In this document: positions 18,771-28,025 of the stretch, piece after piece
Layout of the letters: every line of letters starts with the position of its first letter
Position numbering within the stretch: the first letter of the stretch is position 1
Assembly: GCA_044229975.1 (NCBI GenBank)
Contig: JBGARZ010000004.1
Location: 256,001-320,000 of the forward strand
Direction: 5' to 3'
Length of the DNA: 64,000 nucleotides
From: Polyangiales bacterium
GTDB taxonomy: Bacteria > Myxococcota_A > Polyangia > Polyangiales > Ga0077539
Notes under the pieces: generated by a model
What the model was told of the DNA's origin: nothing
Databases searched by the model: none
What the model saw: only the letters and a program-made list of their open reading frames with translations
Translations under genes and position numbers: made by a program

Positions 18771-20060
18771 CTACGGCAGGTCGCGCGCGTAGGTCGGCGC
18801 CGATCGGGGGAAGCCCGCCCCGTCGCCCAGGGCGACGTCTTCGCCCCAGCAGCGAACGGCGCCCGACACGTCCACCGCGCACGCGTGGGTGGTGCCTGCC
18901 GCGAGCGGGCCGTCCGTCACCTCCAGGTCGACCACCGCCGCCGCGGCCTCGGGCCCCGTCATGGACGTGCCCCGTCCGAGCTGGCCGAAGCGGTTTTCGC
19001 CGAGGCACCCGGCGCCCGACCCCGACACCGCGCACAGCACGCGCGCCGTGAGCGAGAGCCCGCGCCACCCCTCCGTGCCCGCGACCTCCTGCGGCACCAA
19101 CGCGCTCGCCTCGCCGAGGCCCACCATGTCGAGCGAGCCCCAGCACGCCACCCGTCGGCGACCCCCGAAGGCCGCGCAGGAGATCCGCGCGCCCGCCACC
19201 ACCTCGACGGCCCCGGCGGTCACGGCGTCTTGTCCCAATACGTGCGCGCGGCGGTCGGCCAGGGTGCCGTTGCCAAGCTGCCCTCCGCCGTTGGCGCCCC
19301 AACACCGCACCGCCCCCTCCGCCGAGCGAGCGCACAGGTGGTTGGCGCCGACGGCCATGCCCTGCACCGCCCACGCGACGTCGAGCGGCAGCGCCATCGC
19401 CGAAAACGTCGGGTAGCCCCCGTCAGCGGCGCGCCCCCCGAACGCGTGCAACGACGTCCCGCCCCAACATCGCGCGACGCCGTCCCCGCCCTGCGCGCAC
19501 TGAATCTCTTCGCCCGCGTACACCCGCGTCGCTCCGTCGACCCCGAGCACCCGCGCCGGCGCTGTGACCACCAGCTCGTCGGAGCCGACGCCCAGTCGAC
19601 CCGTCGCGCCGCGGCCGTTGACGTTCTCGCCCCAGCACCACACCGCCCCGTCGCCGCGCCGCGCGCACGTCGCGCCGCGCCCCGCGGCCACCTCCTGCAC
19701 CCCGTCGAGGCCCGCGACGAGCGTGGGCGTGCGCACCGTCGCGGGCGCACCCTCGCCGACCCCGAGCTGTCCCTGCTCGTTGGCGCCCCAGCACAGCACC
19801 CGCCCCGAGGGCGCGAGCGCCGCGCAGGTGTGGTCGCGCCCCGCGGCCAACGACGCGACGCCATCACACCGCCCCGCCACGCACGCCTCGCGCGCGCCGC
19901 ACGCCCGGCCGCACGCGCCGCAGTGGGACTCGTCGCGCTGGAGGTCGGCCGCACACGCAGGCACGTCGGCCGTCGCTGCGTCGTCGCGCGCCAGGCGCAC
20001 GGCGCTCGGCGTGTAGCACCCGACCACCCACGCGAGCGCGAGGCCCCACCGTGGTCTCAC
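18771..20060 (-). CDS. RCC1-repeat lipoprotein with a Cys-rich (HCGACG) segment
   Basis: Repeated AAG..HTCA...G.V.CWG.N..GQLG; GTG start overlaps the upstream TGA. Confidence 0.85.
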   Translation of the reverse strand: MRPRWGLALAWVVGCYTPSAVRLARDDAATADVPACAADLQRDESHCGACGRACGAREACVAGRCDGVASLAAGRDHTCAALAPSGRVLCWGANEQGQLGVGEGAPATVRTPTLVAGLDGVQEVAAGRGATCARRGDGAVWCWGENVNGRGATGRLGVGSDELVVTAPARVLGVDGATRVYAGEEIQCAQGGDGVARCWGGTSLHAFGGRAADGGYPTFSAMALPLDVAWAVQGMAVGANHLCARSAEGAVRCWGANGGGQLGNGTLADRRAHVLGQDAVTAGAVEVVAGARISCAAFGGRRRVACWGSLDMVGLGEASALVPQEVAGTEGWRGLSLTARVLCAVSGSGAGCLGENRFGQLGRGTSMTGPEAAAAVVDLEVTDGPLAAGTTHACAVDVSGAVRCWGEDVALGDGAGFPRSAPTYARDLP

Positions 20061-21043
20061 AGCGCCCCGCACACGCCGACGGTGCGCCCGATCGCGCACG
20101 GCGCCCACCACGCGCGCCGCGTCGGGTGCGCCCGCCGGTCGAGCAGCAGCCACACCCCGCCCGATGCCGCCACGGCGGCGCCCACGAAGGCGCTCACCTG
20201 CGCCGAGTCACCGAGCGCGGCGGCGGGCTGGGCGCGCGACACCGACGCCTCCGAAGGGCAGAGCAACGCGTCGCCCGAGATGGCGCAGTCGCCCACGGCG
20301 ACGTCCCGGCGCCACCACAGCAGGGCGCCCGCGGCGACGGCGGCGAGGCCGGTGGCGCTGACGATCCATGGGCCCGCGGACGCACGGCGCGCTGGCGTCG
20401 TAGGAGCCGGTGGCGGGGCGACCGTGGTCGACGCGATGGGCGTCGCGACGGGTCGCGGCTGTGGTGTTGGTGGTGTTGGTGGCGGCGGCGGGACGTCCAC
20501 CTCCGCACTCTCCCCCGCCCGGAGCGTCGCGGTCTGCTCGAAGTAGCCCTCGTCACCGACACGCGCGCGCACCGTGATGGCGCCTGGTCGCCGCGGCGTC
20601 GCCACGCCGAAGAGCGCCGACGACAGCACCGCGTCGTCCACGAGCACCACGACGCCCTCGCGCGGGGCCCTCACCGACAGCGTCGCGGTCTGCGCGCGGG
20701 TGCGCGTCGCGAGCGCTCGGCACTCGTCGAGGAGCGCCTCGCGCTGCCGCATCGCGGGGTCGGTCTCGGCCTCGCGGGCGCAACGTTCGGCGCCGTCGAG
20801 GGCCTCCAGCACCTGCCCGAGCGCGGCCTGCTCCTGCGCGATGAGCAGCCGCAGCGAGGGCGTCATGCGCAGCGCCCCGGCGCGCGCGGCGAGGTCGAGC
20901 GCGCGGGCGTGGTCACCCCCGTCGCTGGCGGCCTCGGCGTCCACGATGAGGGCGCGTCGGGCGGTCTCCTGCGAGGCGTCCTGGGAGGAGGCCACGCTCG
21001 CCGTGAGGGCCACGATCACAGCAACGAGGAGGGCGCGACGCAT
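20057..21043 (-). CDS. TPR/PEGA-type secreted or membrane protein
   Basis: Signal peptide, helical TPR-like N-terminus, beta (PEGA-like) domain, Pro linker, C-terminal TM helices; typical partner of myxobacterial kinases. Confidence 0.7.
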   Translation of the reverse strand: MRRALLVAVIVALTASVASSQDASQETARRALIVDAEAASDGGDHARALDLAARAGALRMTPSLRLLIAQEQAALGQVLEALDGAERCAREAETDPAMRQREALLDECRALATRTRAQTATLSVRAPREGVVVLVDDAVLSSALFGVATPRRPGAITVRARVGDEGYFEQTATLRAGESAEVDVPPPPPTPPTPQPRPVATPIASTTVAPPPAPTTPARRASAGPWIVSATGLAAVAAGALLWWRRDVAVGDCAISGDALLCPSEASVSRAQPAAALGDSAQVSAFVGAAVAASGGVWLLLDRRAHPTRRAWWAPCAIGRTVGVCGAL

Positions 21044-21088
21044 CCGCGGGGCTCATCGAACGGCACCACCCGCCACAGCGTCAAGCGC

Positions 21089-22381
21089 CTACTCGGCGTG
21101 CACGCGGCGCCCCACAGGCGGCGGGTCGGGCGCGACGGGGGCTGCGCTCGCGGCAGGAGACACGCGGGGCGCGGCGCGTCGGCGTGGTGCGGCGACGGGA
21201 GTCGGCGTCGGCGCCGCGACGGGCGGCTCGACCGTCGGCGCGACGGGTGCGGCGACGGGCGCGGCGACGGGTGCGGCGACGGGTGCGACGCGGGGCGGCG
21301 GGCTCACACGCGTCGGCGCAGGCGGTGGAGCGACGGCGGCGAAGCGCGCGGCGGCGACGAGCCCGGCGCCCGCGAGCAGCGCGATGGGGACCACCACCCG
21401 CAGCGCGGGGCGGGGTCGGGGCGTGCGTGCGGCGCGCGGCTGCTCCTGGGTGGTGTCGGGCTCCAGCGGGCGCAGCGCGGACGGCACGGCGGCGCGCAGC
21501 GCGGCGAGAAAGGACCCCGCGTCGGGGTAGCGATCGGAGGGCCGCAGGCTGAGGGCGCGCGCGAGCACCCGCTCCCACGGGCCCGCGTCGAAGCCGAGCC
21601 GGGCGGGCGTCGGGCGCACCGGGGAGAGCACCTGCTGATGGAGCAGCATGGGGTCGTCGGCGACGAAGACGGCGCGGTCGAGGAGAAGCTCCGTGAGCAG
21701 GAGGGCGAGGGCGTGCACGTCCGTCCACGGGCCGGTGCGGGTGCGGCTGAGCTGCTCGGGCGAGGCGTACGGGAGCGAAAACGCGGACACGGTCGACGCG
21801 GTGGTGGTGAAGCCCCCGGTGAGCTGCTCGGGCGGGGACTCCTTGGCGATGCCGAAGTCGAGCACGCGCAGCCCCGGGTCGGAGGTCGACGCCGGGCGGT
21901 CGAGGATGAAGACGTTGGCGGGCTTCACGTCGCGGTGCGCGATGCCCTGCGCGTGGGCGTGGGCGACGGCCTCGAAGGCGGGCGTGAGGCGGGCGAGGCA
22001 GGCGGCCGGGTCGCGGGGCCCTTCGCCGCGGCGGGCGCGCAGCTCGGCGGCGAGGGTGCGCCCGTCGAGCCACTCCATGGCCATCCAGGCGACGGGCGCC
22101 CGGGACGTGTCGGTCACGCCCACGTCGAGCACGCGCACGATCGCCGGGTGCTCCAGGCGGGCGATGAGCCGGGCCTCGCGCTGCGCCGCCTCGCGCGGGT
22201 CGGTCGCCCCGTCGGCGCCGCGCGCGGGGTGCAGCACCTTCACCGCCACGGAGCGGTCGAGCGCCACGTGCCGACCGCGGTACACCACGGCGAAGCCGCC
22301 GCTCGCGACGGCGCGCTCCAGGTGGTAGCGCCCGTCGAGCGTCGAGCCCACGAGGCCAAGGTCATCCTCCACGGGTCCCAT
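21089..22381 (-). CDS. Serine/threonine protein kinase (Hanks type), membrane-anchored
   Basis: GGFAVVY, VAVK, HRDVKPAN, DFGIAK, YASPEQ, TDV; TM helix and PVAA repeats. Confidence 0.95.
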   Translation of the reverse strand: MGPVEDDLGLVGSTLDGRYHLERAVASGGFAVVYRGRHVALDRSVAVKVLHPARGADGATDPREAAQREARLIARLEHPAIVRVLDVGVTDTSRAPVAWMAMEWLDGRTLAAELRARRGEGPRDPAACLARLTPAFEAVAHAHAQGIAHRDVKPANVFILDRPASTSDPGLRVLDFGIAKESPPEQLTGGFTTTASTVSAFSLPYASPEQLSRTRTGPWTDVHALALLLTELLLDRAVFVADDPMLLHQQVLSPVRPTPARLGFDAGPWERVLARALSLRPSDRYPDAGSFLAALRAAVPSALRPLEPDTTQEQPRAARTPRPRPALRVVVPIALLAGAGLVAAARFAAVAPPPAPTRVSPPPRVAPVAAPVAAPVAAPVAPTVEPPVAAPTPTPVAAPRRRAAPRVSPAASAAPVAPDPPPVGRRVHAE

Positions 22382-22458
22382 GACGGCAGCGTGGGCGATG
22401 AAGCGCCCGGTGGTGAGATCGCGTCAAGGGCTGGTATGGTGCCGACCAGACCCTCCCC

Positions 22459-23838
22459 ATGGCGGACCACACCGCGCAGACGCAGCCGGCGACCCACGCG
22501 CCGCGGACCGAGGGCGCGCTCCGGCTCGTGGTGATCACCGACGGCGGCGTCACCGTCTGGCCGCTCGCCCCGCGGGCGCGGCTCGTCATCGGTCGCGGCG
22601 CGCAGGCGGATGTCCCGCTCGATGATCCGCAGGCCTCGCGCGCGCACGCCGCCCTGTCGCTCGTCGACGGCGCGGCGACGCTGCAAGACCTCGGCAGCTC
22701 CAACGGCACCCGCGTCGACGAGCGCGCGCTGCGCCCCAACGAGCGCGTCGCCCTGCGGCGCGGGGAGGTCGTCGAGATCGGCCGCACGATGCTCACGCTC
22801 CAGGGGCCCGCGCCCGCGGTCGAGCCCGGCGCGCCGGCGCCCGTCGTGGCGCCCGAGGCGCTGCCCCGCGGCGAGTTTCGGGCGGAGGTGGTCGTCGCGT
22901 CGCCCGCCACGCGGCGGCTCCAGCGGCTCATCGAGCGCGTCGCGCCGGGGGACATCAGCGTGCTGCTGCTCGGGGAGACGGGCGCGGGCAAGGAGGTGTT
23001 CGCGGAGATGGTGCACCGCCTGTCGCCGCGGGCGGCGGGCCCGATGGTGCGGCTGCACTGCGCGGCGCTCAACGCCTCGCTGCTGGAGAGCGAGCTCTTC
23101 GGGTACGAGAAGGGAGCGTTCACGGGGGCGACGACCTCGAAGGTCGGGCTGTTGGAGAGCGCCTCCGGCGGAACGGTCTTCCTCGACGAGGTGGGCGAGC
23201 TCCCCGCGTCGGTGCAGGTGACGCTGCTGCGGGTGCTCGAAGACCGGCGGGTGACGCCCGTGGGCGCGGTTCGCTCGCGCCCCATCGACGTGCGCTTCGT
23301 CGCGGCCACGCACCGCAACCTCGACGCCGCCGTCGCCGCGGGAGCGTTTCGCCACGACCTCTACTTCCGCCTCGCGGGCATCGCGCTGGAGGTCCCGCCG
23401 CTGCGGGCGCGCGGCGACGAGATCGACGCCCTCGCGCGGCTCTTCCTCGCCGAAGCCTGCGCGCGGGCCCGCCTCGCCCCGGTGCCTCGCCTCGACCCCG
23501 CGTCCCTCGCGGCGCTGCGGTCCCACCCCTGGCCGGGCAACCTCCGCGAGCTGCGCAACACCATGGAGCGCGCGGCCCTCTTCGCCACCGACGGCGTGCT
23601 GCTGCCCGAGCACCTGACGCTGTCGCCCGCGGTGTCACCCGCGGACTCGCCCGCGCCGCTGCCGGGTCTGCGCGGCGCGCGCCGGGCGGCCGAGCGCGAA
23701 GAGATTCTCGCGGCGTTGAGCGCGTGCGCGGGCAACCAGACGCGCGCCGCGGAGAGGCTGGGCATCTCGCGGCGCACGCTGGTCGATCGGCTCGGGGCCT
23801 ATGGCATCGCGCGCCCCCGCAAGGGCGCCGAGGGCTAA
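22459..23838 (+). CDS. FHA-domain sigma54-dependent enhancer-binding protein (Fis-type HTH)
   Basis: FHA (IGR, SRAHA, DLGSSNGT); GETGAGKE, GAFTGA, FLDEVGE, WPGNLREL; C-terminal HTH. Confidence 0.95.
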   Translation: MADHTAQTQPATHAPRTEGALRLVVITDGGVTVWPLAPRARLVIGRGAQADVPLDDPQASRAHAALSLVDGAATLQDLGSSNGTRVDERALRPNERVALRRGEVVEIGRTMLTLQGPAPAVEPGAPAPVVAPEALPRGEFRAEVVVASPATRRLQRLIERVAPGDISVLLLGETGAGKEVFAEMVHRLSPRAAGPMVRLHCAALNASLLESELFGYEKGAFTGATTSKVGLLESASGGTVFLDEVGELPASVQVTLLRVLEDRRVTPVGAVRSRPIDVRFVAATHRNLDAAVAAGAFRHDLYFRLAGIALEVPPLRARGDEIDALARLFLAEACARARLAPVPRLDPASLAALRSHPWPGNLRELRNTMERAALFATDGVLLPEHLTLSPAVSPADSPAPLPGLRGARRAAEREEILAALSACAGNQTRAAERLGISRRTLVDRLGAYGIARPRKGAEG

Positions 23839-23843
23839 ACGTC

Positions 23844-24152
23844 TCAGCGGGAGCCGCGGCCTCCGGGGCCCGGCGTCGGCTGGGCCGTCGGGGCAGGGGC
23901 GTTGGTGTTGGTGGCCGTCGAGGAGCGGGCACGACCGCGGGACTGCATGCGCGTCGCACCGCCGCGACCACCGCGCGGCGCCGCGCAGTAGAAGTGACCG
24001 CCCGCGGCCTCGTAGCGGCAGATCTGGCCCGCCGGGCAGGCGGGGTTGCACCCGGCCATGGCGTCGGGGGCGAAGGCCAGGGCCGCCGCGGCGGCGAACA
24101 TCCCGGCGACCATCTTCACTGCGTTGTTCTTCCAGAACGGGAGGGTGTGCAT
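23844..24152 (-). CDS. Small secreted Cys-containing peptide
   Basis: AAGGAG RBS; signal peptide ending in AMA; mature GCNPACPAGQICRYEAAGGHFYC followed by a basic, disordered tail. Confidence 0.7.
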   Translation of the reverse strand: MHTLPFWKNNAVKMVAGMFAAAAALAFAPDAMAGCNPACPAGQICRYEAAGGHFYCAAPRGGRGGATRMQSRGRARSSTATNTNAPAPTAQPTPGPGGRGSR

Positions 24153-24210
24153 AGGGGGGAGTCACTCCTTCGGTGATGCCACGCCTGCCATGGCGGGCTC
24201 CGCAGTGGAG

Positions 24211-24226
24211 TGCACCCGTGGTGCCA
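24211..24226 (-). promoter_or_regulatory. Putative sigma54 -24/-12 promoter
   Basis: Minus strand TGGCACCACGGGTGCA, near-consensus TGGCAC-N5-NTGCA. Confidence 0.7.
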
Positions 24227-24427
24227 TGCGTGCGGATCAACGTCCGCGTGGGTGGAGTCGCAGGGTCATTGCGCGAAGATCTGCGCGGGTTGCGCGACGC
24301 TCGCGCACGACGCGCAAGCGCTCGGCCGTGTTGGAAGGGGGGAGGAGGCGGGCGCGACGGTCCTTCCTCGGCACCGTCTCGCAGGTCGGCGGCGCCGCCG
24401 GGTTTGGGAGTACATAGAGCGCCTCCG

Positions 24428-26872
24428 ATGAAGACCCTCCAGAGCCAGGAGCTCGTCACGCTGCGGATCATCGACGCCGGTCGCGAGATGGTCGTCGCGC
24501 TGGGCTCGACCCCGGTCGTGATCGGCCGGCATCCCGACAACGACGTCGTGCTGCAATCGCTCTGGGTGTCCGGGCGCCACTGCCGCGTCGAGGCCCACGA
24601 GAAGGGCCACCGCATCGTCGACGTGGGCTCGCGCAACGGCCTGCTCTTCAACGGGCAGCGCGTGACCGAGCAGGCGCTCGTCGACGGGGACGTCCTGCGC
24701 GTCGCCGACCCGACCACCGGGAGCGTGGTGACGCTCACCTACGTCAACCAGCTCTTCCCCCGCGTGGCGAAGGCCGCGACGGTGGCCTTCCACATCCCCG
24801 TCGCGCCGGGCTGTCCCCCGGTGACCATCGGCCGTACGGGCGCGGCCGTGGTGCTCGACAACCCCCAGGTGTCGGCGCTCCACGCCACCATCTCGTCGAG
24901 CGGCGCGACCCACATCCTCCACGACAACCGCTCGACCAACGGAACCTTCCTCAACGGCCGACGCGTCGTCGGCACCGCCTCACTCAAGCCGCGGGACGTC
25001 ATCCAGATCGGGCCGTTCAAGCTCCACTACGACGGCGAGCGCCTCGACTCGTACGACCAGCGCGGGGCCCTGCGCATCGACGCGACCACGCTGCGCCGCG
25101 AGGTCCCCGACTCCCGCGGAGCAGGAACCAAGGTCCTCCTCGACGACGTGTCGCTCTGCATCGACGCGTGCGAGTTCGTCGCGCTGGTGGGCGGTTCGGG
25201 CGCGGGCAAGTCGACGTTGATGATGGCGCTCTCGGGCTACCAGCCCGCCGACTCCGGCGAGGTGCGCGTCAACGGCGACGACTACTACCGCAACTTCGAC
25301 GCCTACCGCGCCGTGCTGGGCTACGTGCCACAGGACGACATCATCCATCGCATGCTGCCCGTCGACCGGGCCCTCGCCTACGCGGCGCGCTTGAAGCTCC
25401 CGTCGGACACCCTCGACTCGGAGATCGCCGCGCGGGTCGAGAAGGTGCTGGCTGCGGTCGAGATGAGCGCGCACCGCGACAAGCTCGTCGACCAGCTCTC
25501 CGGCGGTCAGCGCAAGCGGGTGTCCATCGCCGCGGAGCTGCTCATCGACCCGTCGCTGCTCTTCCTCGACGAGCCGACGTCGGGGCTCGACCCGGGTCTT
25601 GAGAAGAAGATGATGTTCACGCTGCGCCGCCTCGCCGACGGCGGGTGCACCGTGGTGCTGGTCACCCACGCCACCGCGAACATCACCCAGTGCGACCACG
25701 TGGTGTTCATGTCCGCGGGGCGGATGGTGTACTTCGGCCCGCCCGCCGAGGCGCTCGACTTCTTCCACGTCACCAGCGGCGACTTCGCGGACATCTACAC
25801 GAAGCTCGACGGCGTCGCCGACCCCGAGAGCGCGCTCATCCGCAAAGACCTCCGCGACGAGTACGCCCGCTGGGTCGAGCAGAACCCCGGCGCCGCGACG
25901 CGCCCGCACTACTCCGTGCTCTGGCAGATGCGCTACCTCCGCTCGGCGCAGCACCGGCGCTACGTGGTCGAGCGCCTCGCCCGCGCGCAGCAGGGCCCCG
26001 GCGTCGACCGCGCGAAGGCCATCGCGGCTCCCGCGACGCGCGCGCGGCACTCGCCGTTGAGGCAGTTCGGCATCCTCGCGCGGCGCTACATCGACCTGCT
26101 GGGCCAGGACCGTCGCAACCTCGCGCTGCTGCTCGCGCAGGCCCCGTTGATGGGCGCGCTGCTGGTGATGGTCTCACCCGCGACGGCGCTCTCTCCCGTC
26201 CGGGGCGACGCCACCGAGGCGCGCAAGCTGCTCTTCATGCTCTCGACCGTTGGGGTGTGGTTCGGGATCATCAACGCCGCGCGCGAGGTCTGCAAAGAGG
26301 CGACGATCTTGCGGCGTGAGCGCCTCGCCGACCTGCGCGTGGGGTCGTACGTGCTGTCGAAGGTGGCGGTGCTGGGCGCGCTGGTGCTCCTGCAGTCGGC
26401 GCTGCTGCTCACGGTGGTGAGCCTGTGGGTTCCGCTGCCGGCGCGGACGGTGGTGATCGACCCCGCGGTGGACTTCTACCTCACCACGGTGCTGTCCTCG
26501 GCGGCGGGCCTGGCGCTGGGGCTGCTGATCTCGGCGCTCGCGTCGACGCCCGACAAGGCGATGAGCGTGGTGCCGCTGGCGCTGGTGCCGCAGATCCTCT
26601 TCGCGGGGATGATCTTCGATCTGGAGGGCGCGACCACGGTGGCGTCGTGGTTCACGGTGAGCCGCTGGTCGATGGACGCCTTCGGCTCGCTCGCGGCCGT
26701 CAACGACCTGCCCGCGAAGGTCGGCGGGGTCAGCGTCGCGCGAATGGGGCTCGCCAACCTGCACTACGAGAGCACCGCGCAGCATGTGCTGAAGTGCTGG
26801 GCGATCCTCGCGGGCTACGCGACCGCGTGCGTGGGGCTCACGTGGGCGGTGCTCGTGCGGCGGCGTGAGTAG
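24428..26872 (+). CDS. FHA-FHA-ABC transporter (ATPase plus ABC-2 membrane domain, Rv1747-like)
   Basis: Two FHA domains; GGSGAGKST, LSGGQRKR, FLDEPTSGLD; C-terminal TM helices. Confidence 0.93.
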   Translation: MKTLQSQELVTLRIIDAGREMVVALGSTPVVIGRHPDNDVVLQSLWVSGRHCRVEAHEKGHRIVDVGSRNGLLFNGQRVTEQALVDGDVLRVADPTTGSVVTLTYVNQLFPRVAKAATVAFHIPVAPGCPPVTIGRTGAAVVLDNPQVSALHATISSSGATHILHDNRSTNGTFLNGRRVVGTASLKPRDVIQIGPFKLHYDGERLDSYDQRGALRIDATTLRREVPDSRGAGTKVLLDDVSLCIDACEFVALVGGSGAGKSTLMMALSGYQPADSGEVRVNGDDYYRNFDAYRAVLGYVPQDDIIHRMLPVDRALAYAARLKLPSDTLDSEIAARVEKVLAAVEMSAHRDKLVDQLSGGQRKRVSIAAELLIDPSLLFLDEPTSGLDPGLEKKMMFTLRRLADGGCTVVLVTHATANITQCDHVVFMSAGRMVYFGPPAEALDFFHVTSGDFADIYTKLDGVADPESALIRKDLRDEYARWVEQNPGAATRPHYSVLWQMRYLRSAQHRRYVVERLARAQQGPGVDRAKAIAAPATRARHSPLRQFGILARRYIDLLGQDRRNLALLLAQAPLMGALLVMVSPATALSPVRGDATEARKLLFMLSTVGVWFGIINAAREVCKEATILRRERLADLRVGSYVLSKVAVLGALVLLQSALLLTVVSLWVPLPARTVVIDPAVDFYLTTVLSSAAGLALGLLISALASTPDKAMSVVPLALVPQILFAGMIFDLEGATTVASWFTVSRWSMDAFGSLAAVNDLPAKVGGVSVARMGLANLHYESTAQHVLKCWAILAGYATACVGLTWAVLVRRRE

Positions 26873-26942
26873 TACCCCATCTGGAAGGGGCACCTCGACC
26901 CACGGGACGCACGGTGATACGACCGCCTCGAGGATCTCGGCA

Positions 26943-27377
26943 GTGCCCGCTCGCGACCGATTCCACGAGGCAGTGCGCCGCGCGCTTACCGCGGACGGCT
27001 GGACGATCACCCATGACCCGTATCGCCTGGTGTCTGGCCGCCGCAACCTCTACGTCGATCTCGGCGCCGAGCGCCTCATCGCTGCCGAGCGTGGAGTCAC
27101 GCGTGTCGCTGTGGAAGTGAAGACCTTCCAGGGGCTCTCAGACATCAGCGACCTTGAGCAGGCCGTCGGGCAACACGCGATCTACCGCATCCTCCTCGAT
27201 ACACAGGAACCCGCGCGCAAGCTCTTCCTTGGTGTCCCCGAGGAGGTGTGGAAGACGCTCTTCGTCGAGCCACTCGGCGCCGCGGTGCGTGAGCGCCTCC
27301 TCGATCGCATCGTGCGCTTCGACCCCCAACAGGAGAGGATCATCGAATGGATGCCCCCGCCGAGTGGCGAGACCTGA
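26943..27377 (+). CDS. xisH: XisH family protein
   Basis: PARDRFHEAVRRAL..DGWTITHDP, DLGAERLIAAE, AVEVKTF, AVGQ..IYR. Confidence 0.88.
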   Translation: MPARDRFHEAVRRALTADGWTITHDPYRLVSGRRNLYVDLGAERLIAAERGVTRVAVEVKTFQGLSDISDLEQAVGQHAIYRILLDTQEPARKLFLGVPEEVWKTLFVEPLGAAVRERLLDRIVRFDPQQERIIEWMPPPSGET

Positions 27378-27673
27378 TCGAGCGCCTGCTGCGCGAGCAC
27401 GCCCGCGACCCCGTGTCGCACGGCGCGATCGACCTCATGACCGTCGGCGACCGCGTCGGCGACCACTACCTGCTGATGGCCGTCGGGTGGGACGGCTACC
27501 AGCGCATCCACGCACCGCTGCTCCACCTCGACATTGCCGACGGCCGAATCTGGATACAGCACGACGGCACGGACACTGGCATCGCGGCGGAGCTGCTCGC
27601 GGCGGGCGTTCCGGGCCACCGCATCGTGCTCGCGTTCAAGCACCCGAGCCGGCGCAACGAGATCGCTGCCTGA
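27347..27673 (+). CDS. xisI: XisI family protein
   Basis: DHYLLM.VGW, HLDI.DG.IWIQHDGTD.GIA.EL..AGVP...IVLAF. Confidence 0.9.
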   Translation: MDAPAEWRDLIERLLREHARDPVSHGAIDLMTVGDRVGDHYLLMAVGWDGYQRIHAPLLHLDIADGRIWIQHDGTDTGIAAELLAAGVPGHRIVLAFKHPSRRNEIAA

Positions 27674-27712
27674 CGCGATCAGCACGCGACGCAGTGACGG
27701 CGTTGAGAGCGC

Positions 27713-27979
27713 ATGGGTGACGAGCGACGTTTGGTGGGTCACTGCTCCGACATCATCACGCTCACGCCCGGCAAGCGCTCGGGCAAGCCGTGCGTCCGCG
27801 ACCTCCGCATCACCGTCTACGACGTCCTGTCCTACCTCGCGGCAGGCATGACCGAGACGGAGATCCTGGGGGAGTTTCCCGAGCTCACTGTCGAGGACCT
27901 GCGTGCCTGCCTCGCGTTCGACGAAGACACGGAGGCCGCAGAGCTGACGGTCACAAGGTCGGCCGAGCCGTCCACGTAG
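27713..27979 (+). CDS. DUF433 family (VapB45-like antitoxin) protein
   Basis: PGKRSGKPCVR.LRITVYDVL.YLA.GMT..EIL..FPELT.ED..ACLAF. Confidence 0.85.
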   Translation: MGDERRLVGHCSDIITLTPGKRSGKPCVRDLRITVYDVLSYLAAGMTETEILGEFPELTVEDLRACLAFDEDTEAAELTVTRSAEPST

Positions 27980-28025
27980 ACGTGCGGCGCGCTGTCGCGG
28001 GTGTCGTAGCCTCGCCAGGATTTTC

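Noticed and set aside
21225..21290. 12-bp tandem repeats in the kinase gene
   Set aside because: They encode an ordinary PVAA low-complexity linker
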